From Actinomycetota bacterium (GTDB taxonomy: Bacteria > Actinomycetota > Actinomycetes > S36-B12 > UBA5976), in contig JBEAYY010000026.1 in assembly GCA_041170365.1 (NCBI GenBank), forward strand, positions 5,527 through 69,526: 64,000 bases of DNA, written 5' to 3'. Made by a program: the position numbers and the translations under genes. Below the pieces are notes generated by a model. That model searched no databases, was not told where the DNA came from, and saw only the letters and a list, made by a program, of their open reading frames with translations. Shown here in pieces: positions 31,020 to 39,675 of the stretch. How positions within the stretch are numbered: the stretch's first letter is position 1; the number at the start of each line of letters is the position of its first letter.

Positions 31020-33239
31020 TTAAAGTTTTTCAACGGGTGCATATCTTAGAAGTAATCTTTTTGTGCCATGTGATCCAAAATCAATTGTTGCTTCAGATCC
31101 TTCACCACTTCCTGCAGTTTCTTTAACTGTGCCAAGTCCAAATCTTTCATGCAAAACTTTATCTCCAGGATTTAAAATCAAATATTGTTTTTCAACTCTT
31201 GGTTTACTTGCTTTAACCATTGAAGGTGCTGCACCAAAACCACCAGAAGAATAACTTTCATTCATTGGTTCAAGTCTTTGCCAACTAATTAAAGATGCAG
31301 GTATCTCATCTAAAAATCTAGAACTTGAATTATAAGAAGGAGCTCCCCACACAGATCTAGATATGGATCTTGTGACATAAAGTCTTTCTCTTGCTCTGGT
31401 AATTCCAACATAAGCAAGTCTTCTTTCTTCTGCTAATTCTTTATCGTTAACTTGCGATCTTGAATGTGGAAAAATTCCTTCTTCCATTCCAGTTAAAAAA
31501 GTAATTGGAAATTCTAAACCCTTAGCAGTATGAAGTGTCATTAAAGTAACTAAACCTTCATTATTTCCTGGTACATCATCTGAATCTGCTACAAGTGAAA
31601 CATGTTCTAAAAATTGTGCTAAACCATTTTCTCCTGCACTATTTGCATTTTCAAATTCTCTTGCTACTGATTCAAGTTCTGTTAAATTTTCAACTCTGCT
31701 TTGATCTTGAGGATCTTCTGAATTAAATAGAATTTCTAAATAACTAGATTTTTCCAAAACTGTGTGAACAATTTCTGAAGGTTTAGCATCTTTCAAAAAC
31801 ATCTCTCTAAACACGTTCATCATTTGAGCAAAATCAATTAATGCAGCACGAGCTTTAGGGGTTAATTCACTTATTTTTTCTGCATTTTGAATTGCTTGAC
31901 CATAAGTTAATTTATTTTTTCTAGCAAAAGAATCAATTATTTCTTCAGCTTTTTCACCAATTCCTCTTTTAGGAACATTTATTATTCTTCTGATTGATAA
32001 TTCATCATCAAAATTAATCACAGCTCTTAAATATGCTAAAACATCTTTAACTTCTTTTCTTTCATAAAACTTTAATCCACCAACAACTCTGTATGGAATA
32101 CCTATTCTTATAAATACTTCTTCAAAGGCTCTTGATTGATTATTAGTTCTATAAAAAACTGACATCTGACCATACTTATATTCAAATTCATCACGTAGTT
32201 TTTCTATCTCTAATGCAACAAATGATGCTTCATCGTGTTCATTGTCTGCAACATAACCAACGATTGGTTCACCTTGTCCTGCATCTGTCCAAAGTTTTTT
32301 CTCCCTTCTTTCTGCATTTTGTGAAATTACAGAATTTGCTGCAGTTAAAATATTTTGTGTTGATCGATAATTTTGCTCTAATAAAATTGTTTTAGCAGTT
32401 GGGAAATCTCTTTCGAATTCTTCTATGTTTCTAATAGTTGCGCCACGAAATGCATAAATTGACTGATCAGCATCGCCCACAACACAAAGTTCTGCAGGTG
32501 CTAATCCATCTTTTTCACTCCCAACTAATTCTTTAATCAAAATATATTGGGCATGATTTGTGTCTTGATATTCATCAACCAAAATATGTTTAAATCTATG
32601 ACGATATTTTTGTTTAACATCTGGAAAAAGTTGTAAGAGTGCTACTGTTGCTCCGATTAAGTCATCAAAATCAAATGCATTTGCTCTTGCTAATCTTTGA
32701 TCATATTCTGAATAAACTTGCCCTACTAATCTTTCCTGTTCAGTTTCTGCCTTACTCATGTAAGTTTCATGATCAATTAATTCACTTTTTGCATTTGAAA
32801 TTTGAGCTTGAATTGATCGTGGACTTAAAACTTTAGAATTAATTTCTAAACCTGCAGCCACCATCGTTATAAGTCTTATAGAATCTTGAGAGTCATAAAT
32901 TGAGAAAGTAGAAGTACGACCTAACTTTTGAGCATCTGCTCTTAAAAATCGAACACAAGCTGAATGAAAAGTCGAGACTTGCATCAGTTTTGCTTTATTG
33001 CCAACTAAATCTAAAACTCTTTCTTTCATCTCCCCTGCGGCTTTATTGGTGAAAGTAATAGCCAAGATTTCTTGAGGAGAAACCCCTCGATCACTTAAAA
33101 GGTAAGCAATTCTTCTGGTTAAAACTCTGGTTTTTCCAGAACCAGCCCCTGCCACAATTAATAGAGGTGAGCCTTGATGCATTACCGCAGCTTTTTGCTG
33201 AGGATTTAAATCATCTAAAGCCGAATGAATTAAAGACAC
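31020..33239 (-). CDS. pcrA: ATP-dependent DNA helicase PcrA/UvrD
   Basis: 739 aa. SF1 motifs AGAGSGKT, VDEYQDTN, QNYRS, TLHTAKGLEF, YVGITRA. Confidence 0.95.
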   Translation of the reverse strand: MSLIHSALDDLNPQQKAAVMHQGSPLLIVAGAGSGKTRVLTRRIAYLLSDRGVSPQEILAITFTNKAAGEMKERVLDLVGNKAKLMQVSTFHSACVRFLRADAQKLGRTSTFSIYDSQDSIRLITMVAAGLEINSKVLSPRSIQAQISNAKSELIDHETYMSKAETEQERLVGQVYSEYDQRLARANAFDFDDLIGATVALLQLFPDVKQKYRHRFKHILVDEYQDTNHAQYILIKELVGSEKDGLAPAELCVVGDADQSIYAFRGATIRNIEEFERDFPTAKTILLEQNYRSTQNILTAANSVISQNAERREKKLWTDAGQGEPIVGYVADNEHDEASFVALEIEKLRDEFEYKYGQMSVFYRTNNQSRAFEEVFIRIGIPYRVVGGLKFYERKEVKDVLAYLRAVINFDDELSIRRIINVPKRGIGEKAEEIIDSFARKNKLTYGQAIQNAEKISELTPKARAALIDFAQMMNVFREMFLKDAKPSEIVHTVLEKSSYLEILFNSEDPQDQSRVENLTELESVAREFENANSAGENGLAQFLEHVSLVADSDDVPGNNEGLVTLMTLHTAKGLEFPITFLTGMEEGIFPHSRSQVNDKELAEERRLAYVGITRARERLYVTRSISRSVWGAPSYNSSSRFLDEIPASLISWQRLEPMNESYSSGGFGAAPSMVKASKPRVEKQYLILNPGDKVLHERFGLGTVKETAGSGEGSEATIDFGSHGTKRLLLRYAPVEKL

Positions 33240-33262
33240 TGCTTAAGTCTAAATTGTTCTAT

Positions 33263-34000
33263 ATGAATTCGCCTGTTCTAACACCTCTGGAATTTCCTAA
33301 ACCTGGTTCTAAAGTTTTAGTGATAACTGCTCATCCAGATGATGTCGATTTTGGTGCTGCAGGAACTATAGCTTTATTAGTAGAAAGTGGCGTTGAAGTC
33401 ACTTATTGCATCACAACTGATGGCCATCAAGGTGGCGAAGATGCAAGTATTTCACGAGATGAAATGAGAAAAATTCGTCGCAAAGAACAAAGTAATGCTG
33501 CAAAAGTTTTAGGTGTTAAAGAAGTAATTTATTTAGGCAAAGACGATGGATCAATTGTTCCAACACTTTCCTTAAGAGAAGAATTTGTAAAAGTAATTAG
33601 AAAAGTAAAACCTGATGTGTTAATTACTCAATCTCCTGAAAGAAATTGGGCCAGAATGCCAGCATCTCATCCAGATCATATGGCTGTTGGTGAGACTGCA
33701 ATTCAAGCTGTTTATCCAGATGCAAGAAATCAATTTGCTTTCCCACATTTATTAAAAGAAGGTTTAGAGCCATGGAATGTGCCACTTATATGGGTGATGT
33801 CACATCATTCACCAAGTAATTTTGTTGAAATAACAAATGTTGTTGAAAAAAAGTTTGAAGCTTTAAAACAGCATGTTTCTCAAACTGCTCATGTCCCAGA
33901 TTTAAGAGATCGAGTTAAAAGTTGGATGACTTTAGCTGCAAAAGCAGCTAACTTACCTGAAGGTAAGTTAGCTGAAATGTTTTTTGTAGTTAACGCTTAA
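33263..34000 (+). CDS. PIG-L/LmbE family deacetylase
   Basis: VLVITAHPDDVDFGAAGT plus a downstream HPDH motif. ATG at 33263 is preferred because the track start at 33167 lies inside pcrA. Confidence 0.85.
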   Translation: MNSPVLTPLEFPKPGSKVLVITAHPDDVDFGAAGTIALLVESGVEVTYCITTDGHQGGEDASISRDEMRKIRRKEQSNAAKVLGVKEVIYLGKDDGSIVPTLSLREEFVKVIRKVKPDVLITQSPERNWARMPASHPDHMAVGETAIQAVYPDARNQFAFPHLLKEGLEPWNVPLIWVMSHHSPSNFVEITNVVEKKFEALKQHVSQTAHVPDLRDRVKSWMTLAAKAANLPEGKLAEMFFVVNA

Positions 34001-34344
34001 ATATAAACAGCAATTGCCATATTGGCCAAAGTTAATAAACCAATACTTAACCAAATTGAATTTGAAACAGAAGCTTTCTTTCTGTTAACAAAAACTATTC
34101 CTGTGATGATTAAAACAATCAATAATTTAATACTGATTTTGGTCATGTTTAATTCTTCGTCAACTAATCCAGTTTCAATCAAGCCAACCATTACTAGGCC
34201 TGTTACTAATTGAGTTAAAGAACCATGAAACATGGCAGGGTTTACAACTTTATTTGCAGAACTCATTTGTACAAAGAATCCACCAAATAAAGCAGCTAAA
34301 CCAATAAAGTGCAAAAGAACTAACGTGTTATAAATGATTTCCAT
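33997..34344 (-). CDS. small integral membrane protein (4 TM), unknown function
   Basis: 115 aa with four hydrophobic helices, 27 nt downstream of guaB3. I recognise no family motif. Confidence 0.5.
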   Translation of the reverse strand: MEIIYNTLVLLHFIGLAALFGGFFVQMSSANKVVNPAMFHGSLTQLVTGLVMVGLIETGLVDEELNMTKISIKLLIVLIITGIVFVNRKKASVSNSIWLSIGLLTLANMAIAVYI

Positions 34345-34371
34345 ATTTTGATACTAACTTAAAAAATTAGA

Positions 34372-35484
34372 TTATTCTGGATTTACTACTATTTCTATTC
34401 TTTGTAATTCTTTCAAGTCGCTATAACCTGTGGTAGCCATTGCTTTCTTCAAAGCACCAACAAGGTTTAAATTACCTTGAGCATTAGTGGAAGGTCCAAA
34501 TAAAATTTGTTCTAAAGTTCCAACTGTGCCAAGTTCTACAACTTGGCCTCTAGGTAAATCTTTATGCACAGCCTCTACACCCCAATGCTTACCAAGTCCA
34601 GGAGCTGAAGTTGATCTTGCAAGTGCAGAACCAATCATGACTGCATCTGCACCCATTGCAATTGCTTTACTAATGTCTCCGCTTTTTCCTATTGAGCCAT
34701 CTGCAATTACATGAACATACCTACCGCCAGATTCATCTAAATATTCTCTTCTGGCAGCTGCAACATCAGCAACTGCTGTTGCCATTGGAACTTTTACACC
34801 CAAAACATCTGATGTTGTGTGAGTTGCTCCTCCACCAAAACCAACCAAAACACCAGCTGCCCCAGTTCTCATTAAATGAAGAGCTGCTTGATGAGAAGCA
34901 CAACCTCCAACAATTACTGGCACATCAAGTTCATAAATAAAATTCTTTAAATTAATTGCTTCTTCAGTTTTGGAAACATGTTCAGCACTTACCGTTGTTC
35001 CTCTAATAACAAAAATATCAATTCCTGCATCAACTACAGATTTAAAATATTTACTAACAGATCTAGGTGATAAAGCTGCAGCTGCGATTACTCCAGCAGA
35101 TTTTATTTCTTTTATTCTTTCCTTAATTAATTCTGGTTTTATTTCTGCACTATATATTTGTTGTAATACTTGCACACCTGATTCAGATTTTGCATCTAAT
35201 ATTTTTTTAAATTCTTTTTTAGGATCTTCATAACGAGTCCATAATCCTTCAAGATTTAAAACCGCTAAGCCACCTAATTTGCCGTAATTAATAGCAACTT
35301 CCGGGGAAACCACAGAATCCATTGGTGCTGCCATGATGGGGAATTCAAATTCGTAGGCATCAATTTTCCAAGAGGTTGAAACTTCCTCAGGATTTCGAGT
35401 TCTTCTAGTTGGAACTAAAGCAATATCGTCAAAGGAATAGGCGATTCTGCCTCGTTTGGTTCCACCAATTTCTACTTCAGCCAC
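34372..35484 (-). CDS. guaB3: GuaB3-type IMP dehydrogenase-related protein (no CBS pair, no catalytic Cys loop)
   Basis: 370 aa TIM barrel of the IMPDH/GMPR family (PIMAAPMDSVV, IADGSIGKSGD). VGFGGGATHTT replaces the IGPGSICTT catalytic loop, as in actinobacterial GuaB3. Confidence 0.85.
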   Translation of the reverse strand: MAEVEIGGTKRGRIAYSFDDIALVPTRRTRNPEEVSTSWKIDAYEFEFPIMAAPMDSVVSPEVAINYGKLGGLAVLNLEGLWTRYEDPKKEFKKILDAKSESGVQVLQQIYSAEIKPELIKERIKEIKSAGVIAAAALSPRSVSKYFKSVVDAGIDIFVIRGTTVSAEHVSKTEEAINLKNFIYELDVPVIVGGCASHQAALHLMRTGAAGVLVGFGGGATHTTSDVLGVKVPMATAVADVAAARREYLDESGGRYVHVIADGSIGKSGDISKAIAMGADAVMIGSALARSTSAPGLGKHWGVEAVHKDLPRGQVVELGTVGTLEQILFGPSTNAQGNLNLVGALKKAMATTGYSDLKELQRIEIVVNPE

Positions 35485-35549
35485 AAAAAAGAAGCCTATC
35501 TTGGATATGAAGTTTTGGCTGTTTTGGACTCTAAAACTGTTAATAACTT

Positions 35550-36083
35550 TTAGGAAATATAGCCTTTGCGCAAGGCCTTTGCCACAGAATGAGTCCTATT
35601 TGCAGTTTTGAGTTTAATTCTGATTCTTCGCAGATGAGTCTTTATAGTGGCATCTTGAATTTTTAAATTATGAGCTAATTTTTTATTATTTAAGCCATGA
35701 CTAATTAGAAACAATATTTCTTTTTCTCTTTTGCTTAAAAGCTTTATTTTTACTTTATTTAATTTTAAGTTGAATAGTAACTCTTTTAATTCCTTTAAAT
35801 CTGCATCAAAATAAATCCTTGTATCATTTAATTTTTTAACTTCTTTTTTCAAAGTTAAAATAATAAACTTATACTTGTTTAAGATCTCTTTTTGCTCTTT
35901 GGTTAGCAAATTGAATAACTGCTGATTTATAAAAACAAGATCCATATTTATATTTTTTATATAGATAAAAGCTTCTCTTATATTTTTCACTAACACAATT
36001 TGTGATGGAATTTTTGTTAGTTGCAGTTTTCTGTGGATAATTTTTCTTCTGGATAAGTTTTCATCTATTACAATTATGTTCAT
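35550..36083 (-). CDS. LuxR-type HTH regulator with phosphoacceptor-less receiver-like N-domain
   Basis: 177 aa. C-terminal LSKREKEILFLISHGLNNKKLAHNLKIQDATIKTHLRRIRIKL is a LuxR/GerE HTH. The N-terminus resembles REC (IIVIDEN, MDLVFIN) but has N53 where the phospho-Asp should be. It is strikingly AT-rich. Confidence 0.75.
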   Translation of the reverse strand: MNIIVIDENLSRRKIIHRKLQLTKIPSQIVLVKNIREAFIYIKNINMDLVFINQQLFNLLTKEQKEILNKYKFIILTLKKEVKKLNDTRIYFDADLKELKELLFNLKLNKVKIKLLSKREKEILFLISHGLNNKKLAHNLKIQDATIKTHLRRIRIKLKTANRTHSVAKALRKGYIS

Positions 36084-36119
36084 GATTCTTCAGACGAATC
36101 ATGTAATCTTTAAGTTTCT

Positions 36120-37193
36120 TTATAAACCTACTGAATTTGTTATTGCGGTTATGGTGCTAGTTAAATCACTGCTTCTTTTAAAATTACTTGGTAATTGCAT
36201 TGGCCAACCAGGACCTGCCACAAGCATTAAAGGACTTGGTCTTAAATGGCTTAAGTTTTCTAATTCAGGATCGATATTTTTAACAGGAATTTGTGCCCAA
36301 ATCAAAACCGCTGCAGGAGCTAGTCTTTTCACAGCATTTATTAAAGAAGAATATGGAACTCTTGCTCCTAAGACTTTGGAACTAATTCTTCTTTCAGCTA
36401 ACGCTGCTGCTGTCACATATTGCGGAATAGTGTGTAATTCATCAGGAGCAGATGCAGTAATAACAGGTCTTATGTTTACTGGTGCAATTAATTGATCTGC
36501 ACGAAGTCGCATTTGACCAATAATTGCTTCACTTAGAACATGTTCTGCTTCTATGCCTTCTCCTGTTTGTTCCCATTTAGCACCAATTGCAATTAAAACT
36601 TTTGAAATTAAATTTTCCCAAGTCCAAATAACACCTCGAGAATTAATACTTGCCCCAATTATTTGATTACAAGATTGGTTATCCATTGATTGAGCAGCTT
36701 TAGCAAGACCACGCGCTGCACTGGATGCTCCTTCCATTGATAAAACTTGACCACCACCTGGATGACCAAATTTTTCAGCGTGATCAAGGGTTTTAACTAA
36801 ATTTTCAATTTTGCTACTTAAAGAATTTGGATCAACTGGTGAAATGTTGGAAATATTTTCAACCTTGGTGCTCAAAGCAACTTTGGCAGCTTCTCCTGCG
36901 GGCATGCCTGATAAAACTAACTTTCGCATAATTTCTAAACGGGCTATATCTGTGATGCAATAGCGACGATGCCCACCTTGGGATCTATCTGTGGGGCAAA
37001 GGCCATATCGGCGCTCCCAGGTTCTCAAGGTCGCTGGAGCAACCCCCACACGCCTTGCCACCACGGCCACGGTAAGGCCCAGGGTGATGACGTTTTCTTC
37101 CTCAGGATTTAAACCCATGAGCATATTGTTCCCCAAGTGAACAACTTTGGCTAATCGAGGCTTTAGTGAGAGCGACTTCACAAAATTAGTCAT
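36120..37193 (-). CDS. MerR-family regulator with CarH/LitR-like B12-binding sensor module
   Basis: MerR HTH (TLRTWERRYGL...GGHRRY). W207-x9-E217-H218 (GAKWEQTGEGIEAEH), and E252-L-H254-T-I-P in the ExHxxG position, followed by a Rossmann-like segment. It is colinear by eye with Thermus CarH. The start could instead be M24/M26 (about 37124). Confidence 0.8.
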   Translation of the reverse strand: MTNFVKSLSLKPRLAKVVHLGNNMLMGLNPEEENVITLGLTVAVVARRVGVAPATLRTWERRYGLCPTDRSQGGHRRYCITDIARLEIMRKLVLSGMPAGEAAKVALSTKVENISNISPVDPNSLSSKIENLVKTLDHAEKFGHPGGGQVLSMEGASSAARGLAKAAQSMDNQSCNQIIGASINSRGVIWTWENLISKVLIAIGAKWEQTGEGIEAEHVLSEAIIGQMRLRADQLIAPVNIRPVITASAPDELHTIPQYVTAAALAERRISSKVLGARVPYSSLINAVKRLAPAAVLIWAQIPVKNIDPELENLSHLRPSPLMLVAGPGWPMQLPSNFKRSSDLTSTITAITNSVGL

Positions 37194-37202
37194 TAGGGGT
37201 GA

Positions 37203-37232
37203 TTGACCAAGTTATGAACAATTTTGTATATT
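37203..37232 (+). promoter_or_regulatory. putative sigma-70-type promoter of whiB (TTGACC-18 nt-TATATT)
   Basis: TTGACC at 37203-37208 and TATATT at 37227-37232, 38 nt upstream of the whiB ATG, within the 76-nt divergent region shared with the litR-like gene. Confidence 0.45.
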
Positions 37233-37269
37233 TAGATAAAGAAAGCTTTAGCAAAGGATTTATCTCAAA

Positions 37270-37569
37270 ATGGCTGACATAACCAGACTTCCTGGACCTA
37301 ATGCCGATCTTTGGGATTGGCAATTAAAAGGTGCTTGCCGTGGTGAAGATCCAGAAATCTTCTTTCACCCTGAAGGTGAGCGCGGACCTGCTCGCGAGCA
37401 AAGAATTGCTCTTGCGAAATCTATTTGTGCAACATGTCCTGTTTTAAAACAATGTGCAGCACATGCTCTAGAAGTTAGAGAACCATACGGTGTGTGGGGT
37501 GCGATGAGTGAAGATGATCGCGAAGCAATCTATGCACCAGTTAAAGAATCAATGCCAGTAGCTGGCTAA
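37270..37569 (+). CDS. whiB: WhiB-family Fe-S transcriptional regulator (WhiB3/WhiD-like)
   Basis: 99 aa. LPGPNADLWDWQLKGACRG...FFHPEGERG...C-x2-C-x5-C and GVWGAM. The N-terminus closely matches WhiB3/WhiD. Confidence 0.95.
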   Translation: MADITRLPGPNADLWDWQLKGACRGEDPEIFFHPEGERGPAREQRIALAKSICATCPVLKQCAAHALEVREPYGVWGAMSEDDREAIYAPVKESMPVAG

Positions 37570-37601
37570 CAAAACTTACCCTTCATAACCCTCCAAAAAA
37601 T

Positions 37602-37631
37602 AAGGGCTCTTGAATAAAATCAAGAGCCCTT
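37602..37631. terminator. bidirectional intrinsic terminator hairpin
   Basis: 12-bp perfect stem AAGGGCTCTTGA/TCAAGAGCCCTT with a 6-nt loop. A T6 run follows on the minus strand (downstream of the aldolase-SDR gene) and a T5 run lies nearby on the plus strand (downstream of whiB). Confidence 0.8.
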
Positions 37632-37647
37632 AAAACTTTTTATAAAT

Positions 37648-39675
37648 TTATCTTGGAAAAGCTGCTGCTACTCCACCATCTACTGCAATAACTGATCCTG
37701 TTGTTCTTGAAGAATCATCAGATAATAAATAACTTGTTGTTAAAGCAACATCTTTAGAAGTTACATGAACTTTTAACATATTTCTTGAGGCATAAAAATC
37801 TTCTAGTTCTTCTGGTTTAACACCATGAGCTTTAGCTCTTTGTTCTCTTATGCCACCTTCCCAAAGTTTTGAATTATCAAATATTGCATCAGGATTAATT
37901 GCATTTGCTCTAATTTGAGCTGAACCACCTTCAAGAGCAGCGATTCGCATTAATTGCAACATGCCAGCTTTACTTACTGAATAACCTCCAAAACCTGCAC
38001 CTGGTGAAAAAGCATTTTTACTAGCAATATAAACAAGCGATCCACCAATTCCTTGTTTGCGTAAATTAATCATGGCATGTTTTGTTAATAAAAATGAAGA
38101 AGTTAAATTAACAGCTAAACCTTGATTCCATTTTTCCAATGTTAGAGTTTCTAATGAATCTGAAACTCCAATTCCAGCACTCATTACAGCTCCATCAAAT
38201 CCGCCATAATTTTTAATAGCCGATTGAACTGTTTCTATAATTACATTTTCTTTACTTTGATCCCCCACAACAAAATGTGGTTTTAAACCTTTAACTTTTA
38301 AGATTTCTTCTTCAGTTTTCTTTAAACCATCTTCAGTTAGATCTGCTAAAACTAAATTGGCTCCATTTTCGGCTAATTCCAAAGCAATTCCCCTACCAAT
38401 TCCAGAACCTGCTCCAGTGACAATAAATACAGATCCAGCAAATTTCTTAGGTTTTGGTTTAGAACTTAATTTGAATAATTCCATTGGCCAGTAATCAAAT
38501 CCAAATATCTCTCTATCCCCAATAGTGTCTGCTTCACCAAAGCAATCAATTACTTTGGCAGCAACGCTATGGGTGTGAAATGCAATGTCTGAAAGCATTT
38601 TTCCTTCTTTTGTACTTTCCCCTGTAGTTATTGATCCAACTCCTGGAAGTAGTAAAACTCTTGGATCTGGATCGTGCATGAAATAGCCTTTAGGTAATAA
38701 ATCTTTATTTTTTTCAAAGTAATTTGTGTAATGCTCAACGTATTTAACAATTACTGGTAAAGAATTTTCTACAGTAGCTTTCTCAGGAAGCACTGCAGAC
38801 CAAGGTCTAATTCTTAACATGTGATCAGCACTTGAAGCACCTGCTTCTGCAACTTTTGCTAGATCTTTTCTTTTGCTGATTTCTTGTAAACGATTATCAA
38901 TAGTTAGAACTCTTTTTACTTTTTTACTTAATCTTCCTCGAAGTGCTAGCAATAAATCAGATAATTCTTGATCACTTGGTCCTGAGTGATCAAATTTTGC
39001 AGCTGGTTTAACTGATAAAGAATCAAGATATTTATTTGCTTTTTCAACAGCATTTATAGTTTTGTTCTTACACTTTTCACTATCATCATCCCAAACTATG
39101 AGTCCATGATGAGCTAAAACAATTCCAGCTTTTTCGCTAAATTGAGATGAATATTTACTTAATTCAAATCCAGGTCTAATCCAATCAACGTAAGCAAAAT
39201 CTTCACCTAAAGCTTCAGCTACAGCTTTTTTACCTCCAGGATGATTAGTTAATGCACAAATTGCATCAGCATGAACGTGATCAATATGTTTGGAGGGTAA
39301 AAATGCGTGAAGCAAAGTTTCAATAGAAGGTCTTCTACTATTTGGATCTACTAAAGCTTTGCCAACTAAATCAGTCATTTCTTCATCAGATAATTTTTCA
39401 AATTGCTTTAAACTTAATAACTCTTCTAAATAAAGTGCTGGGTAATCAATGGCAACTGCATTTGTCATGTCAGCACCAGAACCTTTGACCCAAAGGACAG
39501 TTCTTTTTCTACCTAGATGATCTGTAATTTCACCTTTCGCTGAAGTGTTACCTCCACCAAAAACCACTAAAGATTGATCTGCACCTATAAATTGTGATCT
39601 TGTTACTAATTCTTCTAGTGCTTTTGGAGTTTGATTCAATTTATTTTCCTGATTTCCTTTTTGCTGGAGTTTCAC
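37648..39675 (-). CDS. bifunctional class II aldolase / short-chain dehydrogenase fusion (RhaEW/YuxG-like)
   Basis: 675 aa. N-terminal aldolase_II/adducin-like domain (VVFGGGNTSAKG, HVHAD). C-terminal SDR domain (TGAGSGIGRG, YSVSKAG). The start overlaps the end of mtnA by 35 nt. Confidence 0.9.
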   Translation of the reverse strand: MKLQQKGNQENKLNQTPKALEELVTRSQFIGADQSLVVFGGGNTSAKGEITDHLGRKRTVLWVKGSGADMTNAVAIDYPALYLEELLSLKQFEKLSDEEMTDLVGKALVDPNSRRPSIETLLHAFLPSKHIDHVHADAICALTNHPGGKKAVAEALGEDFAYVDWIRPGFELSKYSSQFSEKAGIVLAHHGLIVWDDDSEKCKNKTINAVEKANKYLDSLSVKPAAKFDHSGPSDQELSDLLLALRGRLSKKVKRVLTIDNRLQEISKRKDLAKVAEAGASSADHMLRIRPWSAVLPEKATVENSLPVIVKYVEHYTNYFEKNKDLLPKGYFMHDPDPRVLLLPGVGSITTGESTKEGKMLSDIAFHTHSVAAKVIDCFGEADTIGDREIFGFDYWPMELFKLSSKPKPKKFAGSVFIVTGAGSGIGRGIALELAENGANLVLADLTEDGLKKTEEEILKVKGLKPHFVVGDQSKENVIIETVQSAIKNYGGFDGAVMSAGIGVSDSLETLTLEKWNQGLAVNLTSSFLLTKHAMINLRKQGIGGSLVYIASKNAFSPGAGFGGYSVSKAGMLQLMRIAALEGGSAQIRANAINPDAIFDNSKLWEGGIREQRAKAHGVKPEELEDFYASRNMLKVHVTSKDVALTTSYLLSDDSSRTTGSVIAVDGGVAAAFPR

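Noticed and set aside
36076-36495. 139-aa plus-strand ORF overlapping the 3' half of the litR-like gene and the start of the LuxR gene
   Set aside because: It is entirely antisense to a minus-strand gene with strong, motif-level support. It has no recognisable domain, and its start sits inside the LuxR coding sequence. This is the typical shadow ORF.
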